Shown: positions 29,096 to 38,974 of the stretch, one piece after another | How positions within the stretch are numbered: position 1 is the stretch's first letter | How the letters are laid out: each line of letters opens with the position of its first letter | Virus record (IMG/VR): IMGVR_UViG_3300025073_000036 | Location: 30,887 to 94,886 of that record | Strand: one strand, 5' to 3' | Source of the DNA: a virus | DNA: 64,000 nt | The notes under the pieces: generated by a model | The model's database searches: none | Told to the model about the DNA's origin: nothing | The model's input: only the letters and a program-made list of their open reading frames with translations | Program-made: the position numbers and the translations under genes

Positions 29096-29779
29096 GTGAC
29101 AGACACACGAGAACCGATCTACGTGGCCAGTCGTGCCATTCCCGAGCGCGTGGCGATGTGGCTCGCGATGCGCGAGCAGGGCTTCAACGTCACCTCGACG
29201 TGGATCAACGAGGCCGGACCGGGCGAGACGGCGTCGTTTCCCGACCTGTGGCAGCGCATCATCGCCGAGATCGGTCGGTCGTCTCGGTTCGTGCTCTACG
29301 CCGAGACGCAGGACTTCCCGCTCAAGGGCGCGCTGGTCGAGGCCGGGGCGGCCATCGCGCTCGGCAAGCCCGTGATCTGCGTTCTGCCCGGCGTGGTACT
29401 CGAGCCGCGCAACATGCGCCCGCTCGGCTCGTGGGCGCAGCACCCGCTCGTGACGCTGTGCCAGGTGTGGCCGGAAGATCTCGTGCCGTGGATGGCCGAG
29501 CGGCGTGCGCCGGTGCAGGGCATCGGCGACGGTCGCAGCATCACACCGACCTCGAGGCCGCCCGGTACGGTGCCGTGGCTTGTCCACATGCAGGCCTTTG
29601 AGGCCTACGCTCGGCACTTTGGGCTCGGCCAGTCGGCCGAACGCCTGGCCGAGCGAGGCGGTTTCAGTTACGGCGAGATGCAATGCCTGCTGGCAGGACA
29701 CTCGCCGATCAGGAGCGCATGCGGAGAGCATCCGGCGGTGCCCGGGTGGATGCCGCGCACGAAAGGGGACCACAAGTGA
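29096..29779 (+). CDS. Nucleoside deoxyribosyltransferase-like domain fused to an unknown domain
   Basis: IYVAS...STWI...GALVEAGAAIALGKPV; C-terminal QSAERLAERGGF. Confidence 0.6.
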   Translation: MTDTREPIYVASRAIPERVAMWLAMREQGFNVTSTWINEAGPGETASFPDLWQRIIAEIGRSSRFVLYAETQDFPLKGALVEAGAAIALGKPVICVLPGVVLEPRNMRPLGSWAQHPLVTLCQVWPEDLVPWMAERRAPVQGIGDGRSITPTSRPPGTVPWLVHMQAFEAYARHFGLGQSAERLAERGGFSYGEMQCLLAGHSPIRSACGEHPAVPGWMPRTKGDHK

Positions 29780-29910
29780 GAGTCGGGACTGCAGTGTGTT
29801 CCATCGGCCTGTGTCTCATCGGCGCCGGCATGGCCTATCTCAAGTTTGATCCTGCATGGCCCGGGTGGGTCTGTTTTGCGTTCGGCATCGTGATCGGAGC
29901 GGCTCGGTGA
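29776..29910 (+). CDS. Small two-TM protein
   Basis: Hydrophobic, GTGA overlaps. Confidence 0.45.
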   Translation: MRVGTAVCSIGLCLIGAGMAYLKFDPAWPGWVCFAFGIVIGAAR

Positions 29911-30209
29911 GCGGCATCGTGCGGCTCGTGGCCGCGTTCAAGTTGGCATGGCTGGCCTTCCGCATGGGGCTGGCCGGGTGGACGGTCGAGGAATTCGAGG
30001 CCCCAAATCAGGCCGGTGGCGGTCGTGTGTTCACGGTCAATCTGTCGCGGGCAAATTGGGGCCTTGGAGCGCCAGAAGGATGGAAAGTCTCAAGCGGAGG
30101 CGCGACCTTTCAAACGGTCTACCCGACGGCCACGGCGGCGGCACGCGGCGCGCGTCGTCTGCCGTGCCAGTTCCGAGGCGGCGTCGCCCCGTGGGAGCGC
30201 CGGCAGTGA
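29907..30209 (+). CDS. Hypothetical protein
   Basis: Coupled ORF. Confidence 0.5.
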   Translation: MSGIVRLVAAFKLAWLAFRMGLAGWTVEEFEAPNQAGGGRVFTVNLSRANWGLGAPEGWKVSSGGATFQTVYPTATAAARGARRLPCQFRGGVAPWERRQ

Positions 30210-31012
30210 GCGGCCGTGTCGTCGTCGAGCTCTTCGCAGGCCTCGCGGCCTGGACGCTCTACATGCACGACCTGCGGCCGCCGTGCTCGCGCATCGGTTG
30301 CAAGAGCGGCTACGCAGCGGCGCTGGTCGAAGCCTTCGGTGTGCCGGACAAGCCCGCGCGCTCGCTGCTCGTCGAGGCCGATCCGCAGCTCGCCAACGCG
30401 CTGCGCTTCCTCGTGCGCCAACCGCGCGACCTGGCCCGCACGATCCGCCTGCTCGGCGGCCCGTCGAGCGAGCCGCGCGCGATCTGGCAGCGCGCCAAGG
30501 AAGAGAAGGCCGCCGGGGCGCTGCTCGGTGCGGCCTCGTGGTGGATCTGGACGGCGGGCGCGCGCGGCGGCATCGGGGGCTTCAAGGGGGCGCACAAACT
30601 GCGCCCGAGCGTGGAGGGCTTCATCCCCACCCTGGACTCGTTGCAGCGGCGGATCTCGCTCTTCCCGGCGCTCGACCACGTCGAGGTCATCCATGCCAAC
30701 GCCGAGGCCGTTCCGCCCATGCCTGGCGCCCGCGTCTACCTCGACCCGCCTTACGTGGGCACACAGGTCTACGGCGGCCCTGCGCCGTCCGTGGAGGCCG
30801 TCTGTGAGCTTGCCCGGCAGTGGCGCGACGAGGGCGCCCTCGTGGGGGTCAGCTACAACCGCCGGCTCGACACCTACGCGGCCGGCCTGCCGGAGTGGCG
30901 TGCGCTCGACCTGACCGAGCGGCGGCGCGGCCAGGTGCGCCGCTCGCTCACCCGGACTCGCGACGAATGGCTCACGATCTCGGCGGAGGTGTCATGCCCA
31001 GGATCTACCTGA
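30206..31012 (+). CDS. DNA adenine methyltransferase-like (D12 class)
   Basis: VELFAG, VYLDPPY. Confidence 0.7.
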   Translation: MSGRVVVELFAGLAAWTLYMHDLRPPCSRIGCKSGYAAALVEAFGVPDKPARSLLVEADPQLANALRFLVRQPRDLARTIRLLGGPSSEPRAIWQRAKEEKAAGALLGAASWWIWTAGARGGIGGFKGAHKLRPSVEGFIPTLDSLQRRISLFPALDHVEVIHANAEAVPPMPGARVYLDPPYVGTQVYGGPAPSVEAVCELARQWRDEGALVGVSYNRRLDTYAAGLPEWRALDLTERRRGQVRRSLTRTRDEWLTISAEVSCPGST

Positions 31013-31821
31013 CGAGCGCGGCGGCCGTGGCGGCCGTGGACCGTGCGAAGGCCAAGGCGGTCGCGCTGCCGCAGAACGCGCCGGCCAGCGCCAAGGCGAG
31101 CGCGCGGTGGCACGGTGTCATCCCGCCCGTGGCGGCCAGCGTGGGGCCGGGCCGTGTGTTCAGCATCATGCGCTGCCCGCCCGACTGGCTGCGCGAGCGG
31201 ATCGTCGGTCAGGTGCTCGCCTTCACGCCCACGATGGAGCTCTTCGGACGTGCCTACGAGAGCCGTCAGGTGGTCGAGGGCAAGCGCAAGGCCCGCCGAC
31301 ACACGCAGCACTGCCTCACGCGGCAGAAACATGGGGACGGGGAGTGCGAGTGCGGCGCGGCCGTGCTGCGGTTCGCCGAGTACGCCCGGCGCCTGCTCGA
31401 GGTGTGGCCCCGCCCGGCCCGCGTGGCCCCCGGCGTGCTCCAATTCGGGCGCGAGCTGACCGAGCAACAGGCCGCCGGACTCCGGGCCGCTGGCGAGGTC
31501 ACAGAGGGCGGCCCGCGCGTGGCCGAGTGGGATCGCTCGCTGTGGCACGGCCCGCTCGGCCAGGTGGAGGACGGCGACACGCTGGTCTGTACCTGCGGGC
31601 TACACGCGCAGTGTCATCGCATCGCGGGCGCCCTGCGCCTGCACGAGGCCGGCTGGGACGTGGTGCTCGACGGCAACGAGCTGGACGAAGTGCATCGGGG
31701 TTTCGCCTGGGTGCAGGTGAACGAGGACACGCTCGCTCGTGGCGGCAGCGGATGGCACAAGACACCCGACGGCGTGGCGGTCCACGTCAACGCCGGGGAC
31801 GGGAAAGGAGGGGCGCGGTGA
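30994..31821 (+). CDS. Hypothetical protein (C-terminal CxC...CHR, DUF488/DUF4326-like)
   Basis: TLVCTCGLHAQCHR. Confidence 0.55.
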   Translation: MPRIYLTSAAAVAAVDRAKAKAVALPQNAPASAKASARWHGVIPPVAASVGPGRVFSIMRCPPDWLRERIVGQVLAFTPTMELFGRAYESRQVVEGKRKARRHTQHCLTRQKHGDGECECGAAVLRFAEYARRLLEVWPRPARVAPGVLQFGRELTEQQAAGLRAAGEVTEGGPRVAEWDRSLWHGPLGQVEDGDTLVCTCGLHAQCHRIAGALRLHEAGWDVVLDGNELDEVHRGFAWVQVNEDTLARGGSGWHKTPDGVAVHVNAGDGKGGAR

Positions 31822-32042
31822 TCTTCCATGTCCACGTTGAGGCCGGCGTCGAATTCATCACGGCCGAGCTCGACCCGGGCGAGCTGACCTACAACCCCGC
31901 GACGGACGTGGCCACGTTCACGATCTCGCTGCCCGGGCATGTCATCGGCCACGAGCTGCGGCCCCGCGAGTGGATGGCCATGGCCCGGGCGATGGTCGAG
32001 GGCGCCCGCGCAGCTCGTGAGGCCCGGGTGCCGTCGTTGTGA
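31818..32042 (+). CDS. Hypothetical protein
   Basis: GGAGG RBS; coupled. Confidence 0.5.
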   Translation: MIFHVHVEAGVEFITAELDPGELTYNPATDVATFTISLPGHVIGHELRPREWMAMARAMVEGARAAREARVPSL

Positions 32043-32464
32043 GCGCGCCGGACACGCTGCGCAAGGCCACCGAGCGAGTCGACGCCGCGCGCCGGACCCT
32101 GGACGCCTGCCTGAACCGCGCCCAGCAGTTCATCGAGCCCCGCCGGGTCGAGAAGGCCCGCCAGCGCCTCGCAGATGCAGAGGCCGCCTACGCGGCGGTG
32201 GTCGAGCGCGAGAGCCGGGAGGCGGCGGCACGCCGGGCCGAGATCGAGCACGCGCGGGCGTTGCAGGCGCAGACCGGGATGGACCGCGCGAAGGCCTGGG
32301 TAGAGGCCGGATTCGAGCCCGTGGCCAGCGTCGAGGTGGCGGCCAGGATGGCGCGCGTCACGGTGGACGAGATGCGCCGCGCGCTCGGCGGCGGCGTGGT
32401 CCGTGGGCAGGTGGTCAAGGTGAACGGCCGCTGGGAGCACTGCGGGCGAGTCGGTGGCCTGTGA
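32039..32464 (+). CDS. Hypothetical protein
   Basis: Coupled ORF. Confidence 0.55.
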   Translation: MSAPDTLRKATERVDAARRTLDACLNRAQQFIEPRRVEKARQRLADAEAAYAAVVERESREAAARRAEIEHARALQAQTGMDRAKAWVEAGFEPVASVEVAARMARVTVDEMRRALGGGVVRGQVVKVNGRWEHCGRVGGL

Positions 32465-32490
32465 CAGGCTCTCGACGTCTTCTACGAGCC

Positions 32491-32688
32491 GTGACCCCGG
32501 GAAACCGGCCCGGCCCATCATTCCCGACGTCTCGCGGCGACGAGCCGCCCCCGGCCCAACCGCCGCACACCTGGGCACGCGCCGTGGACGGCCCCGGCTG
32601 GTACTGCCTCGACTGCACACGCGCACCCGGCGAGCTCGGCGTCTGCCCTGGTCCGGCGCAGCCGGCGGGCCACGGGGACGGCACATGA
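32491..32688 (+). CDS. Small hypothetical protein
   Basis: HTW...CLDC...C motif. Confidence 0.35.
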   Translation: MTPGNRPGPSFPTSRGDEPPPAQPPHTWARAVDGPGWYCLDCTRAPGELGVCPGPAQPAGHGDGT

Positions 32689-32771
32689 GCGCGCAGCGCC
32701 TACGAGTGCGCGACCGAGTGCGACGAGAGCAGGCCCGGAGCGGCCTGAAGGGCTACTCCGGCGAGACCCTG

Positions 32772-32865
32772 TTGACGGTCGTACAACTGTACGATATTCC
32801 GACTGGGCCAGATGCACCCGAAACGCACCCGAAACGCACCCGTTCGCACCTGTTTTGCACCCGAC
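32772..32865 (+). repeat. Palindrome plus five phased GCACC repeats upstream of terS
   Basis: TTGACG, TCGTACA-AC-TGTACGA (32779-32794), GCACC at 32814, 32825, 32836, 32846, 32857. Confidence 0.65.
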
Positions 32866-32926
32866 GTGCGCTCGCAGGTGGTCGGCCGAGTGCGCCCGGG
32901 GCGCATGAGACAAGGGGTTTGCGAAC

Positions 32927-33664
32927 GTGAGCGAGGCGGGCACACCCGAGACCGCGCAACCCAGGCCGGCCGAGGCGGACGAGAGGGCCTTCAAGGTGCT
33001 CGAGGCCATCGACGGCGGGAGGTCTCTGCGGACTCTCAAAGTCGAGTTCGGCATCGGGCAGTCGAAACTTGCCAAGATCAGGACCGACGAGGCGCTACGA
33101 GCTCGGTGGGTGGCATACAAGGCGGCGGTCAAGGCGTGGGAGGATGCCCAGCGTCGTCGAGCGATCTGCGAGACCGTGCTCGAGACGGGGAACATGGCGG
33201 AGGCGGCACGGCGTCACGGTGTAACAAACGTGACGGTCATGGAGTGCCTTCGGGACGCCGGCCTGCTGACTCGAATTCGGGAGCTTCGGCGGGTGCAGGC
33301 CGAGTTCTTCGGCTACACGGTGATGCACCAGGCCTTGCGGACGTTGCCGGCGATGGCCGATCTCGCGCTCAACCAGGAAGCGGCGGCCGGCGGCCGGGCG
33401 ATGGCCGGGGACGTGGTGCGCAAGTTCCACCAGGGGGGCGACCCGACGACGATCAACGTGGCCAACGCTCCGGGCGGGGTGGCCGTGGCGGGCAACGGGG
33501 CGCAGACCGCGCTCGCGCTGCCCAAGCCGCCGAGCGAGCAGGACTTGCCCCAGCCGGTCGTACACAAGTTGGCCCGGTTGCTGCTCGAGAGCGAGCCGGG
33601 GGGCACGGCCAACCCAGGAGGGGACGACGATGACGACGATGACGGAATCATTGGCCGCCGGTGA
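32927..33664 (+). CDS. Putative terminase small subunit (HTH)
   Basis: Two HTH-like segments (GRSLRTLKVEFGI; GNMAEAARRHGV); acidic tail; upstream of terL. Confidence 0.5.
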   Translation: MSEAGTPETAQPRPAEADERAFKVLEAIDGGRSLRTLKVEFGIGQSKLAKIRTDEALRARWVAYKAAVKAWEDAQRRRAICETVLETGNMAEAARRHGVTNVTVMECLRDAGLLTRIRELRRVQAEFFGYTVMHQALRTLPAMADLALNQEAAAGGRAMAGDVVRKFHQGGDPTTINVANAPGGVAVAGNGAQTALALPKPPSEQDLPQPVVHKLARLLLESEPGGTANPGGDDDDDDDGIIGRR

Positions 33665-33735
33665 GCTGGCCGAGTGGATCGCCGTTCAACAGCGATTGAC
33701 CGCCGCTCGCGCGGCCTGAACGAAGGGGGTTTCCG

Positions 33736-34146
33736 ATGTGCCAGCAGCACGCCACCGCCGAGTCCACCGAGCCGAAGTCGCCGACATGGGCACACGCGGC
33801 CTGGGTGGTCGTCGCCGTCTACACCTTGGCGCAGTTCGGCGCGTGGCTGGTCGAGCGTGGCACGGGGCAGTCCGTGCGTCTGGCGGCCGTGGCCACGCTC
33901 GAGGCGGAGCCCGGCACGGTCCGGGCGGGCAACGCCTGCGACGAGGTCGGGACGCGCTGCGCGGCCATGCGCGACGCCGACATGCTGGGCGTGATGATCT
34001 GCGCCCGGGTGGGCATCCGGGCCTACGAAGAGACCGGCTCGGCCAGGACGCCGCCGCCCGCGCACTGTGAGGCGGCCGAGCGCGCTCTCGACCTGTACGC
34101 CGAAGGCGGCCCGGCCGCGCTGCGGGGCGGGGGGTGGCGGTGGTGA
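33736..34146 (+). CDS. Hypothetical membrane protein
   Basis: TM segment; GGGGG RBS. Confidence 0.55.
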   Translation: MCQQHATAESTEPKSPTWAHAAWVVVAVYTLAQFGAWLVERGTGQSVRLAAVATLEAEPGTVRAGNACDEVGTRCAAMRDADMLGVMICARVGIRAYEETGSARTPPPAHCEAAERALDLYAEGGPAALRGGGWRW

Positions 34147-34442
34147 GCGGTCGCGTGCAGGCCTTGAGCCCGGCCGCGCTCTTCAAGAGCCTCGACTCGG
34201 CGGAGGTCGAGCGCGCCGTGATCGCCATCAACGACGCGCTCGTGGAGGCCGCGCGGCACAAGGACGCGGGTGTCCTGCGCATCGACCGTAGGTTTCGGGC
34301 CGGCGTCACATTCGAGGACCCGCGCGTCATCACCGCCGCCATCGAGCGGTTCAAGGCGGAGGGGTGGACCGTCACCGAGGGCAGCAACGGCGTCCACGGC
34401 GATCTGTGGTGGGACTTCACGCCGGGACGGGGCACGGCATGA
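34143..34442 (+). CDS. Hypothetical protein
   Basis: Coupled ORF. Confidence 0.6.
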   Translation: MSGRVQALSPAALFKSLDSAEVERAVIAINDALVEAARHKDAGVLRIDRRFRAGVTFEDPRVITAAIERFKAEGWTVTEGSNGVHGDLWWDFTPGRGTA

Positions 34443-34744
34443 GCAGCGGTCGCGTCACGAGCGCGCCGTGTCTCGTCGTCGGCTCGCCGATCCCACGGTC
34501 GGGCGCGTCCATCATCCAGGCGCCGACCCGGCCGCCGGCCGTGCTGCGCGAGGACGGCACCTGCGAGGTGCGGCTCGGCTCAGGCGTGCGGACGTTCACG
34601 ATGGGGATGGTCAGCCTGCGCGGCGCCCGGCGCCTCGTGGTCGTGTCCGATCCTGCGATGCCGCCCGACGAGGTGCAGGTGATGAACGCGGGCGGCGAGA
34701 TGGTCCGCCTGCTCAACGTGGGGAACGGCGGCGGTGCATCGTGA
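34439..34744 (+). CDS. Hypothetical protein
   Basis: ATGA overlap. Confidence 0.5.
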   Translation: MSSGRVTSAPCLVVGSPIPRSGASIIQAPTRPPAVLREDGTCEVRLGSGVRTFTMGMVSLRGARRLVVVSDPAMPPDEVQVMNAGGEMVRLLNVGNGGGAS

Positions 34745-35045
34745 CCGCCGCCGCTACCCGTCGGGGGCCGACCGGCGCCGCGTCGCCGAGATCGCCCGCA
34801 CCCTGCTCGGCTGGTTCATGCACGAGCCGGAGGTGCGCGCCGTCGAGGGCGCAGGCCGGGCGCGCGGCTACCTGGCGGTGCGGATCTCCGGCGCGCGGGC
34901 GCCACGTCGTTACCTCGTCTTCCTCGACCGCCTGCACCGGGGCCGGGGCTGGCACGAGCGCGAGGGGCGTTACGTCGCCCTGCGCGCCCTGGAAGTGATG
35001 AGGGGGCGCGGGTGCTGCCTGTCGAGATCGCGGCCGTGGCCTTGA
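34734..35045 (+). CDS. Hypothetical protein
   Basis: ORF in operon. Confidence 0.45.
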   Translation: MHRDRRRYPSGADRRRVAEIARTLLGWFMHEPEVRAVEGAGRARGYLAVRISGARAPRRYLVFLDRLHRGRGWHEREGRYVALRALEVMRGRGCCLSRSRPWP

Positions 35046-35473
35046 AGCTGACCTCGTGGGCGGCTGCGCTCGTCATGTGCGCCGAGACCCGGGGCCTCGA
35101 GGACGCGCGCGGGCAGGCCTTCGCCGACCGGGAGCGCGTGGCCATCGTGGAGCTGGCCAGGACGAGGACGCGCTACAGCGGGGCCAGCGTGCTCGCCGAG
35201 CTCGTCCGGCCGGGCCAGTTCGCCAGCGCCGCCACCTGCGGGCCGACCCGGCTGCGCCGGTATCAGCAGCTCGCCGCCGAGGTGCTGATCGGCCGCCGCA
35301 AGGCCCCGGCCTGGGCGCGCCGGGCCACACACTTCGCCGCTCCGCATGCGCTGCGCCGCGTGCTCAAGTCGTGGGGCCGGCGGGGCCTCGTTTCGATCCG
35401 GGGTACGCGCACGGTGCACACGTTCTTCGAGCCGACCGCACGAGCGTCGAAAAAACGGAAAAGGGGGAAGTGA
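35012..35473 (+). CDS. SleB/Hydrolase_2-like cell wall hydrolase
   Basis: MCAETRG (catalytic Glu), V...R, PGQF, ATHF, HTFF. Confidence 0.65.
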   Translation: MLPVEIAAVALKLTSWAAALVMCAETRGLEDARGQAFADRERVAIVELARTRTRYSGASVLAELVRPGQFASAATCGPTRLRRYQQLAAEVLIGRRKAPAWARRATHFAAPHALRRVLKSWGRRGLVSIRGTRTVHTFFEPTARASKKRKRGK

Positions 35474-35475
35474 AC

Positions 35476-35817
35476 ATGCCGAAGGTCCCGCAACCGCCAC
35501 GGCCGGCAGCGCCCCGCCTGGACGGGCCGCAGCCCTCGCCACCGCCACCCCCGCCGAAGTGCGGGTGCGACGGTGGTCTGATGCGGATCTCCGGGGTGGT
35601 GCTCACGCCGGGTGTCCCGACCACGGGCGGGGTGGTCTACGCTCGCGAGGCGCTGGCGGCCGCGTTGCGCGACTACAACGAGCGGGTGGGGGACGCGGGC
35701 GGTGAGGTGCGCGGCCCGGACGGGCAGGTGATCCCGGGCCTGCGCTTCTCGCTCGACCTCGGCGCCGACGGCCGCCTGCGTTCCGTCGTCCTGCACCGTG
35801 GGGCGGGTGGCGCGTGA
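35476..35817 (+). CDS. Hypothetical protein
   Basis: GGGGG RBS; Pro-rich N-terminus. Confidence 0.5.
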   Translation: MPKVPQPPRPAAPRLDGPQPSPPPPPPKCGCDGGLMRISGVVLTPGVPTTGGVVYAREALAAALRDYNERVGDAGGEVRGPDGQVIPGLRFSLDLGADGRLRSVVLHRGAGGA

Positions 35818-36179
35818 AGTTCGACCCCTGGCTCTATTCGGCTGGCCCGACACCACCCGCCGAGCTCGTGCAGCGCCTCGCCCGGGCGGCGCGCGACCTG
35901 ACCCCGCTGGGCGAGCTGGCCGGCCTGCTTGTGCTCGTCCAGGGTCAGCGCCTCGTGGCCCTGCGGGGCAGTTCGCCCCGCCTCGTGCTGGCCTACTACA
36001 GCAACCGCTGGGCCGTCGTGGTCGCGCTCGGTCCGAACCGCTCGCGCTGGCAGGTGCAGCGGGTGCTCGACAACGTCGAAGCCGGCGTCGACGCCTTCCG
36101 GGCCACCCTGCGCCTGATGGCGCTGGCCTGGCGATCCGAACCGACCGCCGGGTTTGCCCGGCCAGGAGCTACCCCGTGA
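35814..36179 (+). CDS. Hypothetical protein
   Basis: GTGA overlap. Confidence 0.55.
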   Translation: MKFDPWLYSAGPTPPAELVQRLARAARDLTPLGELAGLLVLVQGQRLVALRGSSPRLVLAYYSNRWAVVVALGPNRSRWQVQRVLDNVEAGVDAFRATLRLMALAWRSEPTAGFARPGATP

Positions 36180-36733
36180 CCACACCTCGCCTGCGCGCCC
36201 TACTCGCAATCTCGATGCTGGCGTCCGGCATCGACCCGATCCCGCGTCCGATTCGGCGAGAGCCGCCGCGCGATCCGCCGAAGCCGGCCACGGACGCCGA
36301 GTTTCACGCCCACCTCGACGCCTGCGCACGCTGCCGCAACGAGCCCTTCAACCTCTGCTCGACGGGCGCGGACATCGCCGAGCGGGTGGGCACCGTGAGC
36401 TTCGGTCGGCCGCTGGCCGAAGCCCTGCCGCCGGGGGTGGATACCGTGAGGGTGGCGCCCCTCGGCGGATCGGGCGATGGCCGGCCGGTCGAGGGCGTGC
36501 CGGTCGCGCGAGTTTTGCTCGACGACATGGAGCCGCAGACCTACCGGGTGTTGCGGTCGGGCATCGCGGACCAGTTGCCCGGCCTGCCCACCATGGGCGA
36601 GGCGGAGCGGGCGCACCGCGAGCTCCATGTGATGCGACGCGAGCCCTGCCGCTCGACCTTGAGCGAGGCGGCGCAGAAGGACCGGAAGAAGCGCAACAAG
36701 GCCGCGCGCAAGGCCCGGCGGGGGAACCGATGA
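36176..36733 (+). CDS. Hypothetical protein with HLDAC..C motif and basic C-terminus
   Basis: GGAG RBS; RKKRNKAARKARRGNR tail. Confidence 0.55.
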   Translation: MTTPRLRALLAISMLASGIDPIPRPIRREPPRDPPKPATDAEFHAHLDACARCRNEPFNLCSTGADIAERVGTVSFGRPLAEALPPGVDTVRVAPLGGSGDGRPVEGVPVARVLLDDMEPQTYRVLRSGIADQLPGLPTMGEAERAHRELHVMRREPCRSTLSEAAQKDRKKRNKAARKARRGNR

Positions 36734-37353
36734 AGCCCGAAGATCAGCTCGCAGGCCTGTGCGTCGCCAACGCCGAGCTCGGCCTCGTGGTGCTCGACCT
36801 GCTCGGCAAGGTGGGCCGCCTGCAGGACGTGGCGCGGGCCGCGCAAGCCCTACAACTGCGCTTCGAGCGCGACGGGCACACCTTCGCAAGCGATCACGAC
36901 GCACTGGCCGCCGCCGGCTCCGCCCTTCTGCCGGGCGACCTCGACGCGCCGCCGGCCTCGTCGGGTCCGGCCGTGGCTCGCATGGTCGCCATCGCCGAGG
37001 TTGCTGCCGGGCGCAGCAGCGACGAGCGCCGGGCCGACCTGTTCACCGCCACGGGCGTTCCGGGCCACCTGCTGCGCGACCCGCGCATGACGGTGGACGC
37101 GCCGCCCCCGGAAGATCTCGTCGAGGCCACCCGGCCGCCCGTCTGTGGGCACATGCACGTCGAATACCCGACCGGCCTGGACGTGGGGCGCTGCCTCGAC
37201 TGTCACGAGGCCATCGGGCGCATGAACGTTCCGCCGAAAGGCGCACCGCTCGGCGTGCCGCAGTCGATGTGCCCGCACCTGCACACGACCCGGACGGCCG
37301 ACGGTGCGGCCGAGGCCTGCACCGGCTGCGGGGCCGAGGTTCCGGCGCTGTGA
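36730..37353 (+). CDS. Hypothetical Zn-ribbon protein
   Basis: Two CxH...CxxC units. Confidence 0.55.
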   Translation: MKPEDQLAGLCVANAELGLVVLDLLGKVGRLQDVARAAQALQLRFERDGHTFASDHDALAAAGSALLPGDLDAPPASSGPAVARMVAIAEVAAGRSSDERRADLFTATGVPGHLLRDPRMTVDAPPPEDLVEATRPPVCGHMHVEYPTGLDVGRCLDCHEAIGRMNVPPKGAPLGVPQSMCPHLHTTRTADGAAEACTGCGAEVPAL

Positions 37354-37547
37354 ACGCCCTCCGCCCTCGCCTGCACCGCTCCGGGCACCTGCTCGCCGGG
37401 CTCCTGATCATGTTCCGCGTCGGCCCGCCGCATGAGGTCGTCGCGGGCGTCTGCCGCGACGACGGCAGCGAGCTTGCCCGGGCCGCGTTGCGGGTCTTCA
37501 ACGTGCCCCAGCGGCCGCGCGTCCGGCACCGTCGAGGCGTGCTGTGA
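37350..37547 (+). CDS. Small hypothetical protein
   Basis: GTGA overlaps. Confidence 0.4.
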   Translation: MNALRPRLHRSGHLLAGLLIMFRVGPPHEVVAGVCRDDGSELARAALRVFNVPQRPRVRHRRGVL

Positions 37548-38974
37548 AGGTGGGCTCGCTCTTCTCCGGCATGCTCGGCCTCGACCTCGCGGTGGAGCTG
37601 GCCTGCCCGGGCGCGTCGTTGGCCTGGGCCTGCGACATCGAGGCCTTGCCCGGCAAGGTCGTGCGCGCCCGCCGTCCCGCCGCCCGTCTCTTCCGAGACG
37701 TGCGCGGGCTCCGCCCGCCGCCCGTCGACTTCCTCACCGGTGGCTTCCCCTGCCAGGACATCAGCGTCGCGGGCAAGCAGGCCGGCCTCGCAGGCCAGAA
37801 GAGCGGCTTGTGGGGCGAGATGTACAACGTGATCAAACACATCCGCCCGCGCCGGGTGCTGATCGAGAACGTGCGCAACCTGCGCACGTTGGGCCTGCGC
37901 GAGGTGCTGGGCGATCTGGCCGCCATCGGTTACGCCGCCGAGTGGCAGACCGTCCAGGCCCTCGCCGCCGGGGCCTTGCACAAGCGGTCGCGCATGTTCA
38001 TCGCCGCCTACCCTGACGAGGCCGGGGCGCCGCTCCTGCTCGGTGAGCACCTGCGTGGCGAGTACGAAGCGGCCTTCCAACGCAACCGGGCGCTCCTGTG
38101 GTCGGCCTTCCCCTGCTCGCCGGTGATCCGCTCGTCCGATCTGCCCACCGACGTGCGCGGCGACCGGCTGGTCTGCACCGGCAACGCGGTGTGCCCGCAG
38201 CAGGCCGAGCCAGTCGTGCGCGCCATGCTCGGTTCGGGCGAGGCCTTCGGCGCGCAGATGCCGCACGAGCTGGACGAGATGCCCTTCGCCGGGGCCATCC
38301 GAGGGGGCGAGATCTACGTGCGGCCCGTGGCCGTGCCAGAGGCGCTGGCGATGGCCTGGCACACTGGCTGGTGCGAGGCCAATCCGGCGGCCGCGCGGGC
38401 GGTCCTGCCGGCCGGGCGTGACACCTACCCGACGCCGTCGGCCACCGACTGCGGCTCGTCGCAGAATGGCGTCAACGGCGTGGGGGGCGAGAACGAGCGG
38501 CCGAGCGCGGGCACACCGAGCCTGACCACGATGGCCCGCCGGGGCGAGTTCCCACTGTGGCCGACCGCCTGCACGACCGACGCGGCCAGCGCGGCCCGCC
38601 ACACGACCACGGCGGACGGCATGCACGCCGGGACCACGCTGACCGACGCGGCGCGCTTGTGGGCGACGCCGGCCGCCGCGAATTGGCGATCCGGCAGCGT
38701 CGGCGACGCCTGTTTCGACGGCAACAGCCGGCCGCTACAGGAGCAGGTCTTGCGCCTGCACCCCACGCCGACCACGTCCGACATGAACGGTGCGGCCGAC
38801 CCGGCCAAACGGCAGGGTGCGCCCGCGCTGCGCGACGTGATGAAGGTCACGAGCGCCGCCGGCGGCCGCTTCCTGAATCCCGAGTGGGTCTCGTGGCTGA
38901 TGGGGTTTCCGCCCGGCTGGTTTGAAGGGACGAGCGAGGCCGAGAAGCAGATCGCCCTGGGGCTCTTCGCATGA
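37544..38974 (+). CDS. DNA (cytosine-5) methyltransferase
   Basis: SLFSG, GFPCQDIS, ENV, HKRSRMF, GNAV, LNPEWVSWLMGFP. Confidence 0.9.
   Translation: MKVGSLFSGMLGLDLAVELACPGASLAWACDIEALPGKVVRARRPAARLFRDVRGLRPPPVDFLTGGFPCQDISVAGKQAGLAGQKSGLWGEMYNVIKHIRPRRVLIENVRNLRTLGLREVLGDLAAIGYAAEWQTVQALAAGALHKRSRMFIAAYPDEAGAPLLLGEHLRGEYEAAFQRNRALLWSAFPCSPVIRSSDLPTDVRGDRLVCTGNAVCPQQAEPVVRAMLGSGEAFGAQMPHELDEMPFAGAIRGGEIYVRPVAVPEALAMAWHTGWCEANPAAARAVLPAGRDTYPTPSATDCGSSQNGVNGVGGENERPSAGTPSLTTMARRGEFPLWPTACTTDAASAARHTTTADGMHAGTTLTDAARLWATPAAANWRSGSVGDACFDGNSRPLQEQVLRLHPTPTTSDMNGAADPAKRQGAPALRDVMKVTSAAGGRFLNPEWVSWLMGFPPGWFEGTSEAEKQIALGLFA

Noticed and set aside
32685-32930. ORF MSAQRLRV...
   Set aside because: Runs through the repeat and palindrome element; coding status too uncertain to list
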